Assembly (NCBI GenBank): GCA_017453125.1
Contig: JAFTKS010000012.1
Location: 117,238 to 181,237 of the forward strand
Source of the DNA: Clostridia bacterium
GTDB taxonomy: Bacteria > Bacillota > Clostridia > Christensenellales > UBA1242
Direction: 5' to 3'
DNA length: 64,000 bases
Positions 57,533-64,000 of the stretch are shown one piece after another. Numbering within the stretch: position 1 is the stretch's first letter; each line of letters begins with the position of its first letter. The notes below the pieces were generated by a model. It was not told the origin of the DNA. It ran no database searches and saw nothing but the letters and a program-made list of their open reading frames with translations. Made by a program: the position numbers and the translations under genes.

Positions 57533-58222
57533 TTAATCAAATTTTCTAACTTGGTCAAGATTCAAATCAACTGGAGTATCTCTTCCAAACATCTCAACCA
57601 TAACTTTACATTTAAGGTTCTCTTTATCAACTGAGATAACTGTTCCAACAAAGCCATTTAATGCTCCGTCAAGAACCTCAACCTTATCATTCTCTGCAAT
57701 AGATACATCAACAACGGTATTTTTCTCAAGTCTCATTTTTCTAATTTCTTCTTCTGTAAGATGAAGAGGACGACCCTTAGGTCCAACGAAACCTGTAATG
57801 CCACGAGTACGAGTAACGGCGTGCCAAATATCGTCACCATAAATCATCTTTACCATAATATAACCTGGCATAACTTTTCTGGAAACTATTTTTTGTTTGC
57901 CGTTTTTCTCTTCAACAACATCTTCCATAGGAATAACAATGTCAAAAATTCTTTCTTGCAAATTATATTTTTCTTTTACAATTTCTAGATTCTCTTTTGC
58001 AACATTTTCATATCCTGAGAAAGTATGCAACACATACCATTTAGCATTCTCAATTGCTTCATCTACTTTAACTTCTGTAGTATCGTCAATTAAATTTTCC
58101 TTTGTAGAAGTAGTCTGTACAGCATCAATGGCTTGTTCACTAATACTTGCTTCCTGAACTTCTTCTACAGGATTCTCAATTTGCTCAACAGCTACAGAAT
58201 CCAACATTTCTTCGTTTTCCAT
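57533..58222 (-). CDS. nusG: transcription termination/antitermination factor NusG with acidic N-terminal extension
   Basis: Start moved to ATG 58222 (AAGGAGA RBS). NGN domain starts at KWYVLHTFSGYENV after about 60 acidic residues; C-terminal KOW GFVGTVISVD. Confidence 0.9.
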   Translation of the reverse strand: MENEEMLDSVAVEQIENPVEEVQEASISEQAIDAVQTTSTKENLIDDTTEVKVDEAIENAKWYVLHTFSGYENVAKENLEIVKEKYNLQERIFDIVIPMEDVVEEKNGKQKIVSRKVMPGYIMVKMIYGDDIWHAVTRTRGITGFVGPKGRPLHLTEEEIRKMRLEKNTVVDVSIAENDKVEVLDGALNGFVGTVISVDKENLKCKVMVEMFGRDTPVDLNLDQVRKFD

Positions 58223-58246
58223 CGAAACGCTCTCCTTGTTCAAATT

Positions 58247-58615
58247 TTATGGTAATAACAAATCATAAACTAAACTAAATAATTTGTCTACACCAAAAAG
58301 CAAGAGTGTACATATAGCCACTACAGCAATAACAACCAAAGTATTCTTAACAACCTTTCCAAAAGATGGTTTAGATACCTTTTTAAGTTCACTCATTACT
58401 TCAGAAGCTTTTTTCTTTAGGCTTTTCTTTTCTTTCTTTTGTTTGTTTTTAGCCTTATCTTTTCCACTGGCTTTAGTATTCTTCACATCAGTTTTCTCTT
58501 GAGAGGTCTTCTTCGATTCTTTCTTTGAAGATTTCTTTTCAACTGAAGCTTGCTCAACATCTGGTTGAATAACTTCTACTTCTTCGCTAGTAGTCTGTAC
58601 CTTCTTTTTTGCCAT
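58247..58615 (-). CDS. secE: preprotein translocase subunit SecE with K-rich N-terminal extension
   Basis: C-terminal ...SELKKVSKPSFGKVVKNTLVVIAVVAICTLLLFGVD is the canonical SecE TM region, preceded by about 65 Lys/Ser/Glu-rich residues. Conserved rpmG-secE-nusG order. Confidence 0.85.
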   Translation of the reverse strand: MAKKKVQTTSEEVEVIQPDVEQASVEKKSSKKESKKTSQEKTDVKNTKASGKDKAKNKQKKEKKSLKKKASEVMSELKKVSKPSFGKVVKNTLVVIAVVAICTLLLFGVDKLFSLVYDLLLP

Positions 58616-58642
58616 ATTTCATTAATCCTTCTAAATAATAAA

Positions 58643-58792
58643 TTATTTGGTCTCTTTATGAACTGTATGCTTTTTGCAGAATTTGCAGTATTTTTTTACT
58701 TCAATTCTATCTGGATCATTTTTCTTGTTTTTCTGACTGTCGTAGTTTCTTTGTTTACATTCAGTACAAGCAATAATAATATTATCTCTCAT
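58643..58792 (-). CDS. rpmG: 50S ribosomal protein L33 (Zn form)
   Basis: Below the ORF-track cutoff. My translation is [49 protein letters not shown]. Confidence 0.93.
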   Translation of the reverse strand: MRDNIIIACTECKQRNYDSQKNKKNDPDRIEVKKYCKFCKKHTVHKETK

Positions 58793-58825
58793 ATTTATCT
58801 CCTTGCAATTAGTCTTAGCCTATTA

Positions 58826-58854
58826 ATTTTAACATAGGTAAGTAATATTGTCAA
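58826..58854 (-). promoter_or_regulatory. sigma-A promoter of rpmG-secE-nusG(-rplKA)
   Basis: Minus strand TTGACA (58854-58849), 17 nt ending TGT, TAAAAT (58831-58826). Confidence 0.65.
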
Positions 58855-59088
58855 TGCGTATTTGCACAATAAAAAATAGAGCCTTTGCAACTCCACTATC
58901 TTTATGCTATAAATAATATACTATATAATATCAAAAAAATCAAGTCTTTTATTGAATTTTTTAAAGTATTTCCTAAAAAAATTTTTTTATTCTTGTTTTG
59001 TCATTAATAAGAACATCATTCTATTAAATTCTAGTTTTTATTTAATCGACAAAATGGAATATTGAAATGAAAAATCTATTTCTCATAT

Positions 59089-59124
59089 AAAAAGAAAAGA
59101 GATGAAGAATAGTCCTTCATCTCT
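59089..59124 (-). terminator. intrinsic terminator after 59136-60638
   Basis: Minus strand AGAGATGAAG-loop-CTTCATCTCT stem followed by TTTCTTTTT. Confidence 0.7.
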
Positions 59125-59135
59125 TTATAGAATCA

Positions 59136-60638
59136 TCATCTTTCCATTTCGTCCATTTGCATTTCACGCATTTGCTGTTCTCTTGCGAGTTGTTCACGTG
59201 TTTTTGCATTCATAATATCCATTTGTTTATCTTTCCTCTCTCGTTCTCTTGCAAGAACACTATAAACAGAATCCGACCTAGTTGTTCCTTGATAATTATC
59301 TTCCATTACAGAAGCTTCTTTGAATTTTTCTAGTCGTTTTATTCTATCTTTTAGTGAAGTAACGGCAATTTCCCCCTCTGCTTCAGGAGTATCAATAGCC
59401 TGACTTCTAGACGTATCAACCACTTTGCTAGATGTTTGAGGCTGGCTCGTTTGATGATTGTCTTTAAACACACTATAAAACGACTCTTGAGCAACAGATT
59501 CTCTAGGTTGTTGTGTTTGTTCAGGTTCTTTTTTCTTGTCAAGCATATCTTTTATATACTCGCTCTCTTTGCTCATTTTTTGTTCCTGTGTTGAGTTTTG
59601 AGATGTCTGTTGTGATTCTTCTTTTTTCTGCTGTGGCTGTTCAGATTCTTTTGTTTTTGGTGATTTGACAGCATTTACTATTTGTTCAACACTAGATTTA
59701 CTTTCATACACTTGCTCTTCTTCGTGAGCATTTTTCTCATCAAGAAGTTCTTCAACTTTCTCCCTATCAGACTTCTCAAGCATATTAAGAGCCTTAGATT
59801 CATACCTATCATTTAACTTGTTTACACTATCAACAAAAGTCTCTAAAGAAGCGGAAATTTCTTTGTTATATGCTTGTTCTTGTTGTTCAAATTCTGGTTT
59901 CGTTCCAGAAACTTCCTCTATACATTTATCTAATAATTCATTAAGAGTTTTGTAATTTTTCTCTTGAAGAAAGACATTCTCAATAAGACTATGTTGCTTA
60001 TTAAAATTATCTAAAATGGTTCTAGCAAAAGCACTATCTAATTTTGTTAAAGCTGAAATTCTAGCAGTAAAATACTTACCATACGCATCTAAAAACTTTT
60101 CATCTAAAAGTTTATCGAGAAGCAATGAATATTGTTTTTTTGCAAGAATAAAACTATCTTCATTTTCCAAATCATCAATTAATTTTCTCTCTCGTCCCTC
60201 ATCATCAGAATCATCATCTTCATCAAGAGATATATTAAACTTGGAATATGTTGCCTCTATAAAATTATCAACTTCTTCATTAAAATCTTCAAGTTTTGTT
60301 TTGATTGTATTTTGTAGATATCCATTAATTTTCTCTACATCTTCAAGCAAAAACAATGTAGCGGACGCACTTTTTCCATTATGAGTTTTTGAATCAAACA
60401 ATAATTCAAAAACCAATTCTCCATAACCAAGAAGATTTCCAACGCAGAATACAGAATTTCCAAAAGACGTTTTCTTAACTTTATCGAGTTTAACTAGTTC
60501 TTCTACAATTTGAGATGCAATAGTATAATTACCGTCATCATCATAAGTGCCAAGAAGATTATTCTTGATAACATCAATTTTCTCAGTCACAAAGTTGTCT
60601 TGAGTTATTTTTCTTGTTAACTTTCCATTCTTAGGCAT
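59136..60638 (-). CDS. orphan acidic/Gln-rich protein (about 500 aa)
   Basis: The track start is a TTG without RBS; ATG 60638 is preferred. N-terminal half globular, C-terminal half E/Q/K/S low complexity; no motif recognised. Confidence 0.6.
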   Translation of the reverse strand: MPKNGKLTRKITQDNFVTEKIDVIKNNLLGTYDDDGNYTIASQIVEELVKLDKVKKTSFGNSVFCVGNLLGYGELVFELLFDSKTHNGKSASATLFLLEDVEKINGYLQNTIKTKLEDFNEEVDNFIEATYSKFNISLDEDDDSDDEGRERKLIDDLENEDSFILAKKQYSLLLDKLLDEKFLDAYGKYFTARISALTKLDSAFARTILDNFNKQHSLIENVFLQEKNYKTLNELLDKCIEEVSGTKPEFEQQEQAYNKEISASLETFVDSVNKLNDRYESKALNMLEKSDREKVEELLDEKNAHEEEQVYESKSSVEQIVNAVKSPKTKESEQPQQKKEESQQTSQNSTQEQKMSKESEYIKDMLDKKKEPEQTQQPRESVAQESFYSVFKDNHQTSQPQTSSKVVDTSRSQAIDTPEAEGEIAVTSLKDRIKRLEKFKEASVMEDNYQGTTRSDSVYSVLARERERKDKQMDIMNAKTREQLAREQQMREMQMDEMER

Positions 60639-60744
60639 ACAGCACCCCACATATATTTTCAATAAAATAATAAAAACTTTCAAAATATATTAATTATTTA
60701 CAAATTAATTATAACATAGACCTTGAAAAATGAAAAATAAAATA

Positions 60745-60778
60745 TATAAAAAAAGAAACTAAATTGCTTTAGTTTCTT
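60745..60778 (-). terminator. intrinsic terminator after tuf
   Basis: Minus strand AGAAACTAAA-GCAA-TTTAGTTTCT stem followed by a U run. Confidence 0.75.
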
Positions 60779-60789
60779 TTTAGTTAAAA

Positions 60790-61992
60790 TTACTCAATAA
60801 TAGCACTAACTACGCCTGAGCCAACTGTTCTACCACCCTCACGGATAGCGAAACGAAGTCCTTGCTCGATAGCAATAGGAGTAATAAGTTTGATAGTCAT
60901 TCTAACGTTATCACCAGGCATTACCATTTCAACTCCCTCTGGAAGTTCGATAGTACCAGTAACGTCAGTAGTTCTGAAGTAGAATTGTGGTCTGTAACCA
61001 TTGAAGAATGGAGTATGACGACCACCCTCTTCTTTCTTTAGAACGTAAACTTCAGCTGTGAAGTGAGTATGAGGAGCGATAGTAGCAGGTTTACAAAGAA
61101 CTTGACCTCTTTCGATTTCATTTCTTTGAACGCCTCTTAGAAGCAATCCTACGTTATCACCAGCTTGAGCTTGGTCAAGCATCTTACGGAACATTTCTAC
61201 ACCAGTAATAACTGTAGAAAGTTTTGAACCCATACCAACGATTTCAACTGTATCACCAACTTTAACAGTACCTCTTTCTACTCTACCTGTAGCAACTGTA
61301 CCACGACCAGTGATTGTGAATACGTCTTCAACTGGCATAAGGAATGGTTTGTCAGTTTCTCTTTCTGGCTCTGGAATATAAGAGTCAAGAGCTTCCATAA
61401 GTTCGTTAATTGGAGCACAAGCAGGATCATCTACTTTACCCTCTTTAGCAGCTTCAAGAGCTTTAAGAGCAGAACCCTTAATAATTGGAGTTTTGTCTCC
61501 TGGGAAACCGTACTCAGTTAGAAGATCTCTGATTTCCATTTCAACAAGTTCAAGAAGTTCAGGATCGTTAACTTGGTCAGTTTTGTTCATAAATACAACA
61601 ATGTATGGAACACCAACTTGTCTAGCAAGAAGAATGTGTTCTCTTGTTTGAGGCATTGGACCATCTGTAGATGCAACTACAAGGATAGCTCCGTCCATTT
61701 GTGCAGCACCAGTAATCATATTCTTAACATAGTCTGCGTGTCCTGGACAGTCAACGTGAGCATAGTGTCTCTTTTCTGATTCGTATTCTACGTGAGAAGT
61801 ATTGATTGTAATACCTCTTTGTCTCTCTTCTGGAGCTTTATCAATAGCACCGTAGTCCATTGCAAGGGCTTTTCCTTGAGCAGCAAGTGTCATTGTAATA
61901 GCAGCAGTAAGAGTAGTTTTGCCGTGGTCAACGTGGCCAATAGTACCAACGTTAACGTGAGGCTTGGTTCTTTCATATTTAGCTTTAGCCAT
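60790..61992 (-). CDS. tuf: elongation factor Tu
   Basis: [28 protein letters not shown]...DCPGHADY...NKTD; 400 aa. Confidence 0.98.
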   Translation of the reverse strand: MAKAKYERTKPHVNVGTIGHVDHGKTTLTAAITMTLAAQGKALAMDYGAIDKAPEERQRGITINTSHVEYESEKRHYAHVDCPGHADYVKNMITGAAQMDGAILVVASTDGPMPQTREHILLARQVGVPYIVVFMNKTDQVNDPELLELVEMEIRDLLTEYGFPGDKTPIIKGSALKALEAAKEGKVDDPACAPINELMEALDSYIPEPERETDKPFLMPVEDVFTITGRGTVATGRVERGTVKVGDTVEIVGMGSKLSTVITGVEMFRKMLDQAQAGDNVGLLLRGVQRNEIERGQVLCKPATIAPHTHFTAEVYVLKKEEGGRHTPFFNGYRPQFYFRTTDVTGTIELPEGVEMVMPGDNVRMTIKLITPIAIEQGLRFAIREGGRTVGSGVVSAIIE

Positions 61993-62022
61993 TTTTTATT
62001 ATCCTCCTAAAAATTTTATACT

Positions 62023-64000
62023 TTAAGCCTTTTTATCCCCGATAACTTTATCGGAAATGTTTTTTGGAACCTCCAAATAATGAGAGAATTCCATACTGAA
62101 AGTTCCACGACCTTGAGTAAGTCCACGAAGATCTGTTGCATAACCGAACATTTCTCCAAGTGGAATTTCTGCGTGAATAACTTGAGTACCGTTACGCAAA
62201 TCTGTGCCACTTAGCACTCCACGACGACGAGTAATATTACCCATAACATCGCCTAGATAATCATCAGGTGTCTCTACTTCGACCTTCATAATAGGTTCAA
62301 GAAGGACTGGATCTGCCTTTCTTGCACCTTCTTTGAATGCCATAGAACCTGCAATCTTATATGCCATTTCTGATGAGTCTACATCGTGATAAGAACCATC
62401 AAAAAGCGTAACCATAAAGTCTACGGTTTCAAATCCAGCAATAACACCATTTTGTTTTGCCTCTTGAATACCGTTGTCGATAGCTGGAATGTATTCCTTA
62501 GGAATAGCACCACCAACAATCTTATTCTCGAATTTATAACCTTCGCCTGGTTGTAATGGAGTAAGTTTAACCCAACAATGACCGTATTGTCCACGACCAC
62601 CAGATTGTTTAATATACTTACCTTCAACTTCAACTTCTTTTCTAATAGTTTCTCTGTAAGCAACTTGAGGAGCACCAACGTTACAATCAACTTTGAATTC
62701 TCTCTTAAGTCTATCTACTATAATTTCAAGGTGAAGCTCACCCATACCAGCAATAATTGTTTGACCAGTTTCTTGGTCTGTATAAGTTTTGAATGTAGGA
62801 TCTTCTTCTGCAAGTTTTACAAGAGCGATAATCATCTTCTCTTGGTCTTGTTTTGTTTTAGGTTCAATAGCAACTCTAATAACAGGTTCTGGGAAATCCA
62901 TACTTTCAAGAATAATTGGCTTGTTTTCTGCACAAAGTGTATCACCAGTAGTTGTATCTTTTAGACCTACGATAGCGATAATTTCACCAGCATAAGCCTC
63001 ATTAATTTCTTCACGGTGATTAGCGTGCATACGGATAAGACGTCCAATTCTTTCTTTTCTATCCTTACAAGTATTATATACATAGCTACCAGCAGATAAT
63101 ACTCCAGAATATATACGGAAGAATGTAAGTCTTCCAACATAAGGGTCTGACATAATCTTGAATGCAAGACCTGCAAAAGGTTCTTCATCAGAACTATGTC
63201 TTTCTTCTTCAATATCAGTATTTGGTTTTTTACCTTTGATTGCTTCGATGTCTGTAGGTGCTGGCATATAGTCAACAATAGCATCTAACAATTTTTGAAT
63301 ACCTTTGTTTTTGAAAGATGTTCCACAAACTACAGGATTGATTTTTCCTGCAATAGTACCTTTTCTGATACCACGCTTGATTTCTTCAATTGTAAGCTCT
63401 CCAGTTTCAAAGAACTTCTCCATAAGTTCGTCATCTTGTTCAGCAGCAGTTTCTACAAGTTTTTCTCTAAAAGATTCTGCCTTTGCTCTATATTCTTCAG
63501 GAATTTCAACAACCTCAAAATCTTGTCCCTTATCATCGTGATAAAGAGTAGCATTCATCTCAACAAGGTCGATAATTCCTCTAAATTCATCAGCTTCTCC
63601 AATTGGAAGTTGAATTGGAACAGCATTAGAATTAAGTCTTTTTCTCATACTTTCAACAACTTTCTCAAAGTTAGCGTCGTTGATATCCATCTTATTAACA
63701 TAAGCCATTCTTGGAACGTTATATTTATCAGCAAGTCTCCAGTTTGTTTCACTTTGAGCCTCAACGCCTGCTCTTGCACTAAATACAGCAACAGCACCAT
63801 CAAGAACTTTCAAACTTCTATTAACCTCAACTGTGAAGTCAACGTGTCCAGGAGTGTCAATAATGTTAATTTGATGATTTTTCCACATACAAGTAGTAGC
63901 AGCACTAGTAATAGTAATACCTCTTTCTTGTTCTTGAGCCATCCAGTCCATAGTAGCTTCGCCCTCGTGAACCTCGCCCAATTTGTGAGTTTTTCCTGTA
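62023..64000 (-). CDS. fusA: elongation factor G, N-terminus beyond the window edge
   Basis: The frame stays open to position 64000 (...[30 protein letters not shown]), so the track Met at 63981 is internal. [12 protein letters not shown]. Confidence 0.97.
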   Translation of the reverse strand, partial: TGKTHKLGEVHEGEATMDWMAQEQERGITITSAATTCMWKNHQINIIDTPGHVDFTVEVNRSLKVLDGAVAVFSARAGVEAQSETNWRLADKYNVPRMAYVNKMDINDANFEKVVESMRKRLNSNAVPIQLPIGEADEFRGIIDLVEMNATLYHDDKGQDFEVVEIPEEYRAKAESFREKLVETAAEQDDELMEKFFETGELTIEEIKRGIRKGTIAGKINPVVCGTSFKNKGIQKLLDAIVDYMPAPTDIEAIKGKKPNTDIEEERHSSDEEPFAGLAFKIMSDPYVGRLTFFRIYSGVLSAGSYVYNTCKDRKERIGRLIRMHANHREEINEAYAGEIIAIVGLKDTTTGDTLCAENKPIILESMDFPEPVIRVAIEPKTKQDQEKMIIALVKLAEEDPTFKTYTDQETGQTIIAGMGELHLEIIVDRLKREFKVDCNVGAPQVAYRETIRKEVEVEGKYIKQSGGRGQYGHCWVKLTPLQPGEGYKFENKIVGGAIPKEYIPAIDNGIQEAKQNGVIAGFETVDFMVTLFDGSYHDVDSSEMAYKIAGSMAFKEGARKADPVLLEPIMKVEVETPDDYLGDVMGNITRRRGVLSGTDLRNGTQVIHAEIPLGEMFGYATDLRGLTQGRGTFSMEFSHYLEVPKNISDKVIGDKKA

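Noticed and set aside
1-64000. Search for mobile elements, prophage, integrase, toxin-antitoxin or known defence genes
   Set aside because: No translation in any listed ORF showed transposase (DDE), tyrosine or serine recombinase, reverse transcriptase, Cas, or restriction-modification signatures that I could recognise. The window is essentially core-genome.

Overview
A 64-kb window from a low-G+C (about 30%) Bacillota-type genome that uses the standard code (TGA is used as a stop). The minus strand carries most of the translation core. This includes fusA (partial)-tuf, rpmG-secE-nusG-rplK-rplA, rplJ-rplL, and a complete 32-gene S10-spc-alpha superoperon (rpsJ to rplQ, including secY-adk-map-infA-rpmJ and rpoA). 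Housekeeping genes surround it: trxB, glmM, ung, tkt, PFOR, truA, gltX, addBA, rplI, a YbiT-type ABC-F ATPase and an OYE-family reductase cut by the left edge. Two genes missing from the ORF track were recovered by hand (rpmJ 22996-23112, rpmG 58643-58792). Both edge genes were extended and several starts were corrected using RBS position and homology. RNA features are a tRNA-Ala(UGC)/tRNA-Ile(GAU) pair, an L10 leader with an attenuator, and many near-consensus sigma-A promoters and intrinsic terminators. I found no CRISPR array, rRNA, transposase, integrase or recognisable defence system. Two loci stand out. (1) Directly downstream of tRNA-Ile lie two tandem ~207-bp units, about 50% G+C and dense in hairpins. 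Each is a mosaic copy of the 3' two-thirds of tRNA-Ile with hairpin insertions at the anticodon-loop and T-loop positions, and each has its own terminator copy. (2) A roughly 4.3-kb insertion splits rplKA from rplJL. It carries the ABC-F gene and three mutually homologous orphan genes, each with its own TTGnnn-17-TGnTATAnT promoter and terminator. Lesser items are a uL24 with a Cys4 ribbon and a ~95-aa K/T/A tail, a 3-TM coiled-coil protein after addBA, a shikimate-kinase-like protein with a destroyed P-loop, and long structured leaders before rpsM and rpsJ. All calls come from reading the sequence and remembered family motifs; no database search was possible.
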